A DNA stretch of 54,661 nt from Spirochaetaceae bacterium. GTDB lineage: Bacteria; Spirochaetota; Spirochaetia; Treponematales; Breznakiellaceae. The stretch spans positions 1 through 54,661 of the forward strand of contig JAIRPY010000129.1 in NCBI GenBank assembly GCA_031256905.1. The letters are read 5' to 3'. Positions 7,027-17,052 of the stretch are shown one piece after another. Numbering within the stretch: the stretch's first letter is position 1; every line of letters starts with the position of its first letter. A program made the translations under genes and the position numbers. The notes beneath the pieces are model-generated. The model worked only from the letters and a program-made list of their open reading frames with translations, made no database searches and was not told where the DNA came from.

Positions 7027-9212
7027 GCTAACGCCCTCTCTTTTTCGATACGCATCTTTGCGCGAATGTCTTCGTACTGCCGGTTTACGTCGTCCCACGC
7101 GGCTTTCTGGTCCCTGAGTTTTTCGACCTTGCAGGCGCAGTATTTGTATTCCGGGGTGCTGGAACTCGGATCAAGCCGGCTTATGGTCAGCTCGTTGCAC
7201 GCGCCGATCCACCACTGGTACGTCATATACACCGCGCCTTTTTTGACCCGTTCGGTAACGTTGGCGCGAGTAATGCAGGTTCCGCGTTTGGAAGAAATCC
7301 GCACAAGCTCGCCGGAGGCTATTTTCAGGGTTTCCGCGTCTTCCGGGGATATTTCAACCCATCCCGGCTCGTCTTCGAGGTTCCGAAGGGCGCGACAGTT
7401 TCCGGTCATCGTACGAACCGAATAATGCCCGACTTCGCGAACCGTGCAGAGGGTGAGGGGGAAGTCGCTGTTTTCGGTTTCCGCCGGCGGCTGATAATGC
7501 GACGTTTTGAAAATGCCGATGCCGTCGGGAGTGGCGAATTTGCCTCCTTCGTGCAGAAACATTGTTCCGGTGTCTTCGGGTTTTTCGTCCCAGCAGGGCC
7601 ACTGTACCGAACCTTGGCGTTCCAGTTTTTCGTAAGTCGCGCCTTTGAATTTCGGGGAAAGATTCCGCATCTCGTCCCAAATTTCCTGCACGTTTTTGTA
7701 TTTCATCGGATAGCCCATCGCGGTGGACACGAGGCAGATGATTTCCCAGTCGTCCTTTACGTTGCCCGTAGGTTCAAGGACTTTGCGAATCCGCTGAAAG
7801 CCCCGGTCGCTGGAGGTGTACACGCCGTCATGCTCGCCCCAAGCGGTGGCCGGCAGGATCGCGTCCGCGTGCTGAGTCGTCTTGTTCCAGAAAATATCCT
7901 GACAGACCACGAAGTCGATTTTGTCGAGGGTTTCCCGCAATTCTTCCAAATCCGGATCGCTCTGTCCGGGGTCTTCTCCGAAGATGTAGTAGGCGTGAAT
8001 CTGTTTCGCCGGGTCCTTTTCGTGAACCACCCGTTCCGGGACCCGGGTTAAGGTGAGTCCGACTTTATCGGAAAGTTTCGCGCCCCAGGCTTTCTCGAAT
8101 TTTTCCTTGATTTTCGGGTCCGTTACGCTTTGGTAGCCCGGGTAGACGTTAGGCAGGACTCCCATATCGCAGGTGCCTTGGACGTTATTTTGTCCCCGGA
8201 CGGGACCGGTGCCGCAGGCGTAATGTCCGAAGTTGCCGGTGAGCATCGCGAGGGAACAGTTGCTTTTCACGACTTCGACGCCCTGTTGGAATTGGGTTAC
8301 GCCCATTCCCCAGAGGATTACCGAGTGTTTTGACCCGGCGTATTTCCGGGCGGCGAGGCGGATGGCGTCCGGGCTTACGCCGCAAATTTTTGCGGAATGT
8401 TCCGGGGTGTAGACTTTGACGATTTCCCAGAAGGCGTCGAAGTCTTTGGTGTGGGCTTTGATGAAGGCTTGGTCCTGTAAGCCTTCGGTGACGATGACGT
8501 TAGCCATCGCGTTGGTGAGAGCGATGTTGCTTCCCCCTTTGATTTGGAGGTGCAGGTCTGCGATGCGGGCGGTTTCGGTGATTCGGGGGTCCGCGCAGAT
8601 GATGTACGCGCCCTTTTCTTTTGCCCGGACGATGCGTCTTGCGACGATGGGGTGACTTGCCGCGGCGTTGTAGCCGATGTTGAAGATGACTTCGCAGTCT
8701 TCGATTTCCGGGATGGAAAGGGACATGGCCCCTTCGCCGATGGTCTGCATGGAGCCGACGACCGATGCGGCGTGGCAGATTCTGGCGCAGTGGTCGATGT
8801 TATTTGTGCCGATGCAAGCCCGGATGAATTTCTGCATGAGGTAATTCGGTTCATTTCCCGGACCTCTGGCGGACCCGGCGCCCATAATGCTATCGGGTCC
8901 CCATTTTTCTTTAATCTTTTTGAGATTATCCGCGACGAATTTGATCGCTTCGTCCCAGCTTACCGCGGTAAGGGGCGAGGCTCTTCCGTTTTTTCGGATC
9001 ATAGGCTCTCGGATGCGTTTGGTGATGATTTGAGGATCATTCAAATAGTCCCAGCCGTACCAGCCTTTTAGACAGGCTTTATCGTCGTTGGTTCTGCCCT
9101 TTACGGGGTGGACATCGAGGATTTTATTCGCCCCTTGGTCTACCGTAAACAAAAGCTGACACCCCGACCCGCAATAGCAACAAGTAGTCTGAATTTCTTT
9201 CACTGATGCCAT
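7023..9212 (-). CDS. fdhF: Formate dehydrogenase H-type catalytic subunit (molybdopterin), cysteine variant
   Basis: It has the N-terminal CxxCxxxC..C 4Fe-4S motif and molybdopterin oxidoreductase domains. The active site reads HCARICHAAS, against HCARVUHGPS in E. coli FdhF. GGAGGG lies 6 nt upstream of the ATG at 9212. An alternative ATG is at 9230. Confidence 0.9.
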   Translation of the reverse strand: MASVKEIQTTCCYCGSGCQLLFTVDQGANKILDVHPVKGRTNDDKACLKGWYGWDYLNDPQIITKRIREPMIRKNGRASPLTAVSWDEAIKFVADNLKKIKEKWGPDSIMGAGSARGPGNEPNYLMQKFIRACIGTNNIDHCARICHAASVVGSMQTIGEGAMSLSIPEIEDCEVIFNIGYNAAASHPIVARRIVRAKEKGAYIICADPRITETARIADLHLQIKGGSNIALTNAMANVIVTEGLQDQAFIKAHTKDFDAFWEIVKVYTPEHSAKICGVSPDAIRLAARKYAGSKHSVILWGMGVTQFQQGVEVVKSNCSLAMLTGNFGHYACGTGPVRGQNNVQGTCDMGVLPNVYPGYQSVTDPKIKEKFEKAWGAKLSDKVGLTLTRVPERVVHEKDPAKQIHAYYIFGEDPGQSDPDLEELRETLDKIDFVVCQDIFWNKTTQHADAILPATAWGEHDGVYTSSDRGFQRIRKVLEPTGNVKDDWEIICLVSTAMGYPMKYKNVQEIWDEMRNLSPKFKGATYEKLERQGSVQWPCWDEKPEDTGTMFLHEGGKFATPDGIGIFKTSHYQPPAETENSDFPLTLCTVREVGHYSVRTMTGNCRALRNLEDEPGWVEISPEDAETLKIASGELVRISSKRGTCITRANVTERVKKGAVYMTYQWWIGACNELTISRLDPSSSTPEYKYCACKVEKLRDQKAAWDDVNRQYEDIRAKMRIEKERALA

Positions 9213-9426
9213 GGAGTACCCTCCTTCCATTTTCTCTATCCAATATAGAAAGAAAATTATAGTTTAAATTAGTATGACCCTGAACCATGAAAAGATCAAG
9301 CGTTTTTTGCTTATAATCTTGCCTCATCAGAGGGATTAGAAATTCTTAAAAAAAATATTTTTCCCTATTGAACAAGTTTTTTTTTTATGATAGGCTCATC
9401 TATCATATTTTGGAGTTTAGTATACT

Positions 9427-9837
9427 ATGACGATACTCAGGGCGGCGTTGTTAGTTGTGTTTATTATAGTTGCGCTTCTTTTGGTTCTTCTGGTCCTTGT
9501 GCAAAATGAAGAAGGCGATAGTTTGGGAGGCATCTTTGCCGGAGGAAGCGCGTCGGCCTTCGGGTCCCGAACAGGTAACGTGTTGACCCGGGCGACTTCG
9601 GTTTTGGGCGCGCTCTTCTTGATTATCAGCTTCGGGCTTGCCCTGGTGAATAGAAGTTCCGGCGGGTCCGGGGTAGAAGCGGCCGGAGCCAAAGTCCGCC
9701 AACAGGCGACAGAAGGAAATCAGAATTGGTGGCAGGAAGATGAGACCCCTCCGGTTATACCCGAAAGTCCGGTCCCAGAAGCTCCATCCGCGATAGAAGC
9801 CGAGAATCCAATTTCGGAACAAACCAAAGGGGATTAG
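9427..9837 (+). CDS. secG: Preprotein translocase subunit SecG with an extended C-terminal tail
   Basis: Two TM segments flank the conserved ..GGIFAGGSASAFGSR.. loop. A hydrophilic extension of about 60 aa follows. Confidence 0.8.
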   Translation: MTILRAALLVVFIIVALLLVLLVLVQNEEGDSLGGIFAGGSASAFGSRTGNVLTRATSVLGALFLIISFGLALVNRSSGGSGVEAAGAKVRQQATEGNQNWWQEDETPPVIPESPVPEAPSAIEAENPISEQTKGD

Positions 9838-9843
9838 GGAAAA

Positions 9844-10317
9844 ATGTTCTTATACGAAATATTCCCGCCGGAATTGATTAAAGTCGATCTCCAAGCGGTG
9901 AATAAAGACGAGGTCTTCGAGGAAATGGTAGACCGCTTCTGCCAAGCATTGAAATCCGACGCCAGAGAAGAACTCCTCGAAGCCCTTAAAGAACGGGAAG
10001 CCAAAATGTCTACCGGAATTCACAAAGGCATAGCGGTTCCCCACGGAAAAAGCCCGGCCCTCGATAAAATGTACGGGATTTTAGGAATCTCTAAACAGGG
10101 CATCGATTACGACGCCCTGGACGGCCAGCCGGTATACATCCTGTTTATGATTCTCGCGCCCCCGAAAGACTCGGAAAAGCATCTGCGGGTTCTCAAACGG
10201 CTCGCCCAACTGCTGGACAATACCGAGTTCTTCACAGACCTCATGGCTCAACGGGACGCCCAAGGGGTCGCCGGGGTCCTCAAAAAATATGAGGATATTC
10301 TCATAGGCTTAGATTAA
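9844..10317 (+). CDS. ptsN: PTS EIIA-Ntr-type protein (fructose/mannitol-family IIA domain)
   Basis: 157 aa with the GIAVPHG phosphorylatable-His motif and ..VYILFMILAP... Confidence 0.75.
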   Translation: MFLYEIFPPELIKVDLQAVNKDEVFEEMVDRFCQALKSDAREELLEALKEREAKMSTGIHKGIAVPHGKSPALDKMYGILGISKQGIDYDALDGQPVYILFMILAPPKDSEKHLRVLKRLAQLLDNTEFFTDLMAQRDAQGVAGVLKKYEDILIGLD

Positions 10318-10352
10318 TTTTTCCAAAAAAAGAAAAAGTTGAGGAGATAAGT

Positions 10353-10652
10353 ATGCAAGAACCGGAAGTTTTACGTCATCTCTTGAAAATAGAAGCCGAC
10401 GCGGCCGCTTTGGTTGACGACGCCCAAATTGAAGCGGATAAACGGGTCGCGGAAGCGGAAAAACAGAACCGCAAGGTTTACGAAGACCGGTACGCCAAGG
10501 AATTTGCCGTTCTAAACGAAACTTACGAGCAAGAAATTGCCGGAATCAAAGGGGATCATCAGACTCAGCTGGAGACGTACCGGCAGAGTCTGGAAAGCCT
10601 GTCCCTCCGGCCAGACCGGTTTGCCGAGCTTGCCGGGTCCCTGCTGAACTAA
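10353..10652 (+). CDS. Small coiled-coil protein, probable V/A-ATPase peripheral-stalk subunit (G/H-like)
   Basis: It is the first gene of the ATPase operon, 99 aa, charged and helical (..EADKRVAEAEKQNRK..), with a strong GAGGAG RBS. Confidence 0.45.
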   Translation: MQEPEVLRHLLKIEADAAALVDDAQIEADKRVAEAEKQNRKVYEDRYAKEFAVLNETYEQEIAGIKGDHQTQLETYRQSLESLSLRPDRFAELAGSLLN

Positions 10653-10664
10653 CAAGGAGCGTAT

Positions 10665-11693
10665 ATGCCGGGAACAGGAGAACAGGCTTACGCCTACGCC
10701 AAGGCCTGCGGAATTATCGGCAAATCCTTTGTCGGCAAACGGGTAAGCCGCCTCGCCGAGGTAAACCGCCTGTCCGAACTGGACCGCCTCGTGTTCCCCA
10801 ACGAAAGCCGGGACATCCCGGAACGGGAACTGCTGGTCGATATGGAAGACCGCATCATCCAGCGGGGGGTCAAGCAAATCATTTCGGTCCTGGATTCCTT
10901 CATAAAACCTCCGGAACTGCTCATCCGGCTGGTCCGAACTTACGAATACGAAGATTTAAAAATCTTTTGCGGCGCCTTAGGGCAGGGCGAATCGAAAGGA
11001 CCGGACTTTACTGACATCGGCGCGTTCAGAACCGTCAATTTTTCCGCCTACCCAAACCTCGAGGCCATGGTTGCCGGCACGGAATTCAGGTTTCTCTTGC
11101 AGGAAGACCTGCGGCCGGACCGCAAAAAAGAAAAACCCGAAATAACCTCGGAAAATTTGGCGGTCCAAATCGCTCTGGATCGGCAGTATTACCAGTCCCT
11201 CTGGAACGACCTCTTCAAACTAAAACGAAGGGACCGAATCGGGATTGAAAAAATCCTGCGGGATGAGCTGTCTCTGCGCAACGCGGTTCTTGCCCTCCGT
11301 ATGCGGACCTACTACGGAATGCCCTCCGAGGAAATTCGGGAAAAGTTCATCGCCTTTGAAGCCGGCAAAAAAAGCCCGCCGGAAACCGCGCTCACCCTCC
11401 CCATGGACCACAGAGCCGACTGGAAAGGCTGGAAATGGGAACGTTTCCTCAATCCCGAAAAACCCGGAGAACCCTGGCGGGTAGACCCCCGATACTTCCA
11501 AAACGCCGGGTCTAAATATCTGTATCGGCAAGCCCGATTTTCCTTCCGGCGAAGTGCTTCGTCGTTGGATTCGATTTTTTGTTTCATAAAACTGAAACTT
11601 TTTGAAGAAGACCTCTTGACCAGCGTCGCCGAAGGCCTTGGAATGGGTATGACAAGCAGAGATATTTTTACCCTTCTGGAGGTAGAAACGTGA
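10665..11693 (+). CDS. V/A-type ATPase subunit C (d-type)
   Basis: The call rests on operon position, size (342 aa) and a helical-repeat composition typical of NtpC/subunit d. Confidence 0.6.
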   Translation: MPGTGEQAYAYAKACGIIGKSFVGKRVSRLAEVNRLSELDRLVFPNESRDIPERELLVDMEDRIIQRGVKQIISVLDSFIKPPELLIRLVRTYEYEDLKIFCGALGQGESKGPDFTDIGAFRTVNFSAYPNLEAMVAGTEFRFLLQEDLRPDRKKEKPEITSENLAVQIALDRQYYQSLWNDLFKLKRRDRIGIEKILRDELSLRNAVLALRMRTYYGMPSEEIREKFIAFEAGKKSPPETALTLPMDHRADWKGWKWERFLNPEKPGEPWRVDPRYFQNAGSKYLYRQARFSFRRSASSLDSIFCFIKLKLFEEDLLTSVAEGLGMGMTSRDIFTLLEVET

Positions 11694-13759
11694 TACGGCC
11701 TGAAAAAATGAAACGGTTCGAACTGACCCTTCTTGCCAAAGACGCCGACGCCGCGTTGGAATACTTGGGGCGAACCGGCGCGATGCAGTTCGCCGAAGAA
11801 GCCCGGAAACAACCGCCGGACCAAGGATCTGCGGAAAAATTATCTTCCTTTGAGGAAAAAGAGGGAAAAGAGGGAAAAAAAGAAATCCTTGAAAAAATCC
11901 GATCTGCCGCCGGGTATCTCGGAATACTTTTGCCCATGGAACCCGAAGAATCCGCCAAATTGCCCGGACCCGAAGAAGAAGCCCGAACTGAAAGGCTCTG
12001 CGCGGAAATCGCCGAAGTCAACGCCGCGGAAATCGCCGCAAAACAGGAAAAAGCGAAAATCGAACATACCCTTGAAGAGTCCCGGTCCTTCGTCAATCTC
12101 AATGCGCCGTTTAAAGATTTCGATCAGCTTTCCTACCTAACTCTGCGGATCGGGCATATTGATCCGAAAGGCCCCAGCGATTTACGGGAACGCCTCGCAG
12201 ACCGGGCGATAGTCATTCCTCTGGGGGAAAATCGGGTCCTTGCCGCGGCTTCCCGGAAGGGCCGATTCGCCCTCGATACGGAACTGAAAAAACATTCTTT
12301 TACGGCTATGACCATTCCCGAAGAGTTCCGAGGCATCCCCGCCGAAATGATCGCTACCCTCGAAAGCCGGCTCGACCAGGTTTCCGGAGAAGTGGACCGC
12401 CTCGAGGCCCTAAAAAGGGATCTCAAAAGCCGGCACGAAAGGGACCTCCGGTTTCTCGCATCTTCTTATATAATGGCGCATATAATAGAAGAAATTAAAC
12501 GGCATTTGATCGGAACAAAAACCGCCTTCCTCCTGACCGGCTGGGTCCCCGCCGCCCGGACCTCGGAAATAGCGAAAAACCTGGCCGAAATAACCGAGGG
12601 CCGAATCAGCCTCAAAACCTTCGACCCGGAAGAAATAGAAACCGTCCAAACCGGCGCGGAAAAAGTGCCGGTTTCCCTCAAACACAAGGGCTTCGTCAAA
12701 GGTTTTGAGAGCCTCGTGCTTTCCTACGGCGCGCCCCTCTACGGCGCGATTGATCCAACGCCTTTTGTGGCGGTTTTTTTCCCAATATTTTTCGGCATCA
12801 TGTTCGGCGATTTCGGGCAGGGGCTGGTGCTTCTGCTTCTCGGTCTCTTAACCAGCGAAAAGGGGCTGAAAAAATTCGCGAAACTGCGGATTTACTCGAA
12901 GCCCCTCATCTCGGTAAGTATCGCCTCGATGATTATGGGGCTTTTAACCGGCGAATGTTTCGCCAACCATACCCTGCTTGCAGGTCCGACCCGGAAGGTT
13001 CTCGAACTCTTAGGCGTAGAAAATCCGGAGGTCCCGATTTTGCACCTTATGCCGAGTTCCCACAGTATCGGTACTATTTTTCTATTTTTTGGTTTTACTA
13101 TCGTATTGGGGATTATCCTCAATTCTATTGGGCTTTGGCTGAACGTGATCAACCATTTCGCCATGAAACAGTACGAAAGGGCCCTTTTTTCAAAGACCGG
13201 GCTTGCTGGAATAGCGGTATTTTGGTACGCCCTCTTTATTGGGGTTCGGTGCATTGCCGGAGGGTCCATCGCGTGGTTTGACGCTTTGGGGCTGGGGCTT
13301 CCCCTGATCTGCATCGTTGCGGGGCATCCGCTGTGGCGGCTTATTACAGGGAAGCGGCCCCTTCTTGGAGAAGGGCTTTTTCTGTTTTGCATCGAAGGGG
13401 TGGTGGAGATTCTTGAGGTTCTTTCGACGTACATTTCGAGTACGGTGAGTTTTGTCCGGGTTGGGGCTTTTGCGGTTTCCCATGCGGTTTTATCGTTTGT
13501 GGTGTTTTACCTTGCTGATATGGTTTCCAAGGTCCCGGTGGGACCGTTATTTTCTTTAGGGATTATCTTGGTTGGCAATGGGATAATCATCCTTCTTGAG
13601 GGAATGATCGTGGCAATTCAGGTTGCCCGTCTTCAATATTATGAGTTTTTCAGCAAGTTTTTTACCGAAATGGGGGCGAAATTCAAGCCCTTTCGGTTTC
13701 GGGGAAACGTTGTTTCGGATGCGGCTGTTTTAGGAAGAGCGTCCGGGAACTCGAAATAA
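11690..13759 (+). CDS. atpI: V/A-type ATPase subunit I (a-type, membrane stator)
   Basis: 689 aa. A soluble coiled-coil N-terminal half is followed by about 7 TM helices, with a conserved Arg region (..VSFVRVGAFAVSH..). The GTG start overlaps the upstream stop. An alternative ATG is at 11708. Confidence 0.85.
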   Translation: MIRPEKMKRFELTLLAKDADAALEYLGRTGAMQFAEEARKQPPDQGSAEKLSSFEEKEGKEGKKEILEKIRSAAGYLGILLPMEPEESAKLPGPEEEARTERLCAEIAEVNAAEIAAKQEKAKIEHTLEESRSFVNLNAPFKDFDQLSYLTLRIGHIDPKGPSDLRERLADRAIVIPLGENRVLAAASRKGRFALDTELKKHSFTAMTIPEEFRGIPAEMIATLESRLDQVSGEVDRLEALKRDLKSRHERDLRFLASSYIMAHIIEEIKRHLIGTKTAFLLTGWVPAARTSEIAKNLAEITEGRISLKTFDPEEIETVQTGAEKVPVSLKHKGFVKGFESLVLSYGAPLYGAIDPTPFVAVFFPIFFGIMFGDFGQGLVLLLLGLLTSEKGLKKFAKLRIYSKPLISVSIASMIMGLLTGECFANHTLLAGPTRKVLELLGVENPEVPILHLMPSSHSIGTIFLFFGFTIVLGIILNSIGLWLNVINHFAMKQYERALFSKTGLAGIAVFWYALFIGVRCIAGGSIAWFDALGLGLPLICIVAGHPLWRLITGKRPLLGEGLFLFCIEGVVEILEVLSTYISSTVSFVRVGAFAVSHAVLSFVVFYLADMVSKVPVGPLFSLGIILVGNGIIILLEGMIVAIQVARLQYYEFFSKFFTEMGAKFKPFRFRGNVVSDAAVLGRASGNSK

Positions 13760-13778
13760 GGTTTAGGGGGGTGCAGGT

Positions 13779-14081
13779 ATGAGACGCGGAAAAATCGGCG
13801 TTCTGGTTTTCTTACTTCTTTTGGGCGGGTCCGGAGTTGTGTTCGCCGCAGGCGAAGAGGGGTCCGGGGATTCTTCCGGGGTGAGGTATATCGCCGCGGC
13901 TGTCGCGGTGGGCATTGGGTGCATCGGCGGAGGCCTGGCGGTCGGCCGAATCGGCGCGGCCGCCATGGGCGCGATGAGCGAAAACCCGGAGCTGTCCGGC
14001 AAAGCGATGCCCTTCGTGGGTCTCGCGGAAGGCATTTGTCTTTGGGGCTTCCTCGTGGGGCTCCTCATTCTGGTGCTGTGA
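13779..14081 (+). CDS. atpK: V/A-type ATPase proteolipid subunit K (c-type), single hairpin with an extra N-terminal hydrophobic segment
   Basis: Gly/Ala-rich TM hairpin (..AVGIGCIGGGLAVGRIGAAA.. / ..GLAEGICLWGFLVGLLIL) with an essential-type Glu. Confidence 0.8.
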   Translation: MRRGKIGVLVFLLLLGGSGVVFAAGEEGSGDSSGVRYIAAAVAVGIGCIGGGLAVGRIGAAAMGAMSENPELSGKAMPFVGLAEGICLWGFLVGLLILVL

Positions 14082-14084
14082 GCG

Positions 14085-14426
14085 GTGGATTACTTTTTCA
14101 TCGGGGACCCGGAATTGGCCACGGCTTTCCGGTTCGTCGGCATCCGAGGAACCGGAGCAAGTAAAGCCGAAGACGCCGTCGCCGCCTTCCGGCGAATCAC
14201 CGAAGGCTGGGACGAAACCGCCAAAGCAATCCGACCGGAAACCGAACAATGCCGGATCCTCATCATCACCGAAGAAGTCGCCGACTGGCTGGGAGATTTC
14301 CTCACCCAATGGCAGTTGTCCGACCGCTACCCGCTGATAGTTGAGGTCCCCGGCATGATGGGAAGACTCCCGGGCAGAAAAAGCCTCGTTGATTCCATCC
14401 GGGAAGCCATCGGCATCCACGTGTAG
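14085..14426 (+). CDS. V/A-type ATPase subunit F
   Basis: 113 aa with MDYFFIGDPELATAFRFVGIRG.., typical of subunit F. It has a GTG start 3 nt after the atpK stop. Confidence 0.7.
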   Translation: MDYFFIGDPELATAFRFVGIRGTGASKAEDAVAAFRRITEGWDETAKAIRPETEQCRILIITEEVADWLGDFLTQWQLSDRYPLIVEVPGMMGRLPGRKSLVDSIREAIGIHV

Positions 14427-14474
14427 TTTTTTCTTTTTTAAATTTCTTTAATTTTAAAAAGAAAAAACCAAAAA

Positions 14475-14527
14475 GGCGGATTTTTACTTTTAATTTTAAA
14501 GAAGAAAATCCGCCGGTTTTTCTTTTT
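14475..14527 (+). terminator. Intra-operon hairpin plus T-run (rho-independent terminator-like) within a 179-bp AT-rich spacer
   Basis: GGCGGATTTT (14475-14484) pairs with AAAATCCGCC (14505-14514). GGTTTTTCTTTTT follows. Confidence 0.55.
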
Positions 14528-14605
14528 ACTTCTCAAGAAAGCGGAAAACCCTAGAAAAAAGAAAAAAAAGAAGGAAGATTAGAAAAAAAGAAAGAAGAGG
14601 AAAAA

Positions 14606-15265
14606 ATGGAAGAAATACGATCTACCGAAACGCTGGACCGGGAAATTTTGGAAGAAGCCCGGAAAAAAGCTTACCGGATCCTCAAAAGCGCGGAAGAATC
14701 GGTAAAAACTGCCGTGGAAACTTGGGCTTTGAAAACGGAAACGGATATAGCGGAAATCCGCAGTCGTTACGCCCAGCGGCTGAAAGTTATGAAAGATGAA
14801 CTTTTTGCCCGGCTTATTCTCGATAAACGCAGAATCCGGGCTGAAAAGATAGAAGGACTGCTCAAATCTGCGATGGAATCTTACCTTCGAAGCTTAAGCC
14901 GGGAAGCCCTTCTATCTATTCTGGAACGGACTTTGCGTCAGCGGCTGGATTTCCTGCGGGAAACCGGGGAATTCCCGGACCAAACAAACCTTCAAGTCCA
15001 ATCCTGCAACCTTGAAGCCGGAGAATTGGAGAGGATGCTTCACCGGCATCTGCCCAAGGGAAGCTGGTCGGCCGTCGCCCCGGAACCCGGGAAACCGGAC
15101 CCTTTCTTGGACGCCCGGTTTCCCGCTGTGGCAATAACCGCCCCGGATCTGCGGATCGCGGCTTCCCTCGACAGCCTTGCCGGGCAATTATTGGAAGATA
15201 ACCGGGCGGAACTCGCGGTTTCCCTGGTCGGGGAAGAAATCCTGCTGGAAGGAGGGGCAATATGA
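14606..15265 (+). CDS. atpE: V/A-type ATPase subunit E
   Basis: 219 aa. The N-terminal half is a charged long helix (..[19 protein letters not shown]..). It sits immediately upstream of the A subunit. Confidence 0.65.
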   Translation: MEEIRSTETLDREILEEARKKAYRILKSAEESVKTAVETWALKTETDIAEIRSRYAQRLKVMKDELFARLILDKRRIRAEKIEGLLKSAMESYLRSLSREALLSILERTLRQRLDFLRETGEFPDQTNLQVQSCNLEAGELERMLHRHLPKGSWSAVAPEPGKPDPFLDARFPAVAITAPDLRIAASLDSLAGQLLEDNRAELAVSLVGEEILLEGGAI

Positions 15266-17052
15266 CCCAAGGCAAGGTGAAACGAATATCCGGTCCAATC
15301 ATTCGGGCCGTAGGTCTCAGCGGCGTAGGGCTGTTCGACGTAGTCGAAGTCGGTGAAAAACGCATCATCGGCGAGGTGGTGCGCCTCGAAAAAGACGAAG
15401 CAGTCATTCAAATTTACGAAGACAATACCGGGATGCAAATCGGCGCGGAAGCCTTTTCCACCGGGCGGCCCCTTTCGGTGCAACTGGGTCCGGGTCTCAT
15501 CGGCACGATTTACGACGGCATCCAACGCCCTCTGGAATCTTTGTTCAAACAAACCGGCGCGTTTATGGAACCCGGCGCGCGAGGCGAACCGCTGGATTCC
15601 GCAAAACTTTGGACCTTTAACCCGAATCCGGAAATCGCCGCCAAACTGGACCGAAAAGAGCCGGTCCCTGCAACCCCGGGGTTACATCTGGGAAGCGTGA
15701 AAGAAACCGAGAGCATCACCTGCAAAATTATGGTCCCTCCTGATACTAAGGGCGGTTTCATTACCGAACTTTCCGGGCAAGGGAATTACCGGATTAACGA
15801 TATTATCGCCAAAACCGATAAAGCCGAGGAAATCCCTATCGCCCAGTGGTGGCCCGTGCGGGTCCCCAGGCCCAACGCGGAACGCCTTTCTCCGGATCAG
15901 CCCCTCGTAACCGGCGAGCGGGTCATCGACGTGTTTTTCCCCCTCTCCAAAGGCGGGACATCGGCAATTCCCGGGGGTTTCGGCACCGGAAAAACCATGA
16001 CTCAACACGCTATAGCCAAATGGTGCGACGCGAATGTCATCATTTACATCGGATGCGGCGAACGGGGCAACGAAATGACCGACGTTTTGACCGAATTTCC
16101 CCACCTCATTGACCCCCGGACGGGCAGGTCCCTGATGGAACGGACGGTTCTTATCGCCAATACCTCGAATATGCCGGTAGCCGCGAGGGAAGTTTCGATT
16201 TATACGGGCGTAACTTTGGCGGAATTTTACCGGGATATGGGTTATCACGTCGCGATTATGGCGGATTCCACCAGCCGTTGGGCTGAAGCCTTGCGGGAAT
16301 TATCGGGCCGAATGGAAGAAATGCCCGCGGAAGAAGGGTTTCCCGCGTATCTGCCCACGAGACTCGCGGAATTCTACGAACGGGCCGGCCGAGTCAGAAC
16401 CTTTTCCGGCGGCGAAGGGTCTGTTTCGATTATCGGCGCGGTTTCTCCGCCGGGGGGCGACTTTTCCGAACCCGTAACCCAGCACACCAAGCGGTTTATC
16501 CGCTGTTTTTGGGCCCTAGATCGGGACCTTGCCAACGCCCGGCATTATCCTGCAATAAGCTGGATCGACAGCTATTCCGAATACGCCGACGAAGTCAAGC
16601 CCTGGTGGGAAAAGGTCAGCCCCCAATGGGCTAAAATTCGGCAGGAAGCTCTGGACCTGCTTAAACGGGAACAACGGCTGGCGGAAATTGTCCGGCTCAT
16701 CGGACCCGATGCCCTTCCCGACGACCAGCGGCTCATTCTCATCACCGCGGACATCATCAAAGACGGATTTTTACAGCAGAATTCTTTTGACGATGTGGAT
16801 ATGTTCTGCGTTCCCGCAAAACAGGTCCGGCTTCTGGAGCTGATTATGGACTTTCACACCCGGGCGTCCCTGTGCATCAAGCTGGGCGCGCCGCTTATCA
16901 AGATTACAGCCCTGCCGGTCCGGGAACGGCTTGCCCGACTCAAAAGTGTGGTGAAAAACGACGAACTCGGAAATTTGGAGACGTTTCATGAAGATTTGCG
17001 GAACGCCCTGGAAGAAGTGGAACGAAGTTATCGTTTAAAGGAGGCGATATGA
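15262..17052 (+). CDS. atpA: V/A-type ATPase catalytic subunit A
   Basis: Walker A GGFGTGKT, ..[17 protein letters not shown].. and a non-homologous-region insert typical of A subunits. The start has an ATGA overlap with the upstream gene. Confidence 0.95.
   Translation: MTQGKVKRISGPIIRAVGLSGVGLFDVVEVGEKRIIGEVVRLEKDEAVIQIYEDNTGMQIGAEAFSTGRPLSVQLGPGLIGTIYDGIQRPLESLFKQTGAFMEPGARGEPLDSAKLWTFNPNPEIAAKLDRKEPVPATPGLHLGSVKETESITCKIMVPPDTKGGFITELSGQGNYRINDIIAKTDKAEEIPIAQWWPVRVPRPNAERLSPDQPLVTGERVIDVFFPLSKGGTSAIPGGFGTGKTMTQHAIAKWCDANVIIYIGCGERGNEMTDVLTEFPHLIDPRTGRSLMERTVLIANTSNMPVAAREVSIYTGVTLAEFYRDMGYHVAIMADSTSRWAEALRELSGRMEEMPAEEGFPAYLPTRLAEFYERAGRVRTFSGGEGSVSIIGAVSPPGGDFSEPVTQHTKRFIRCFWALDRDLANARHYPAISWIDSYSEYADEVKPWWEKVSPQWAKIRQEALDLLKREQRLAEIVRLIGPDALPDDQRLILITADIIKDGFLQQNSFDDVDMFCVPAKQVRLLELIMDFHTRASLCIKLGAPLIKITALPVRERLARLKSVVKNDELGNLETFHEDLRNALEEVERSYRLKEAI

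Noticed and set aside
7023-9230. Selenocysteine (TGA recoding plus SECIS) in fdhF.
   Set aside because: The ORF is uninterrupted, and the active-site codon at 8775-8777 is TGC (Cys).
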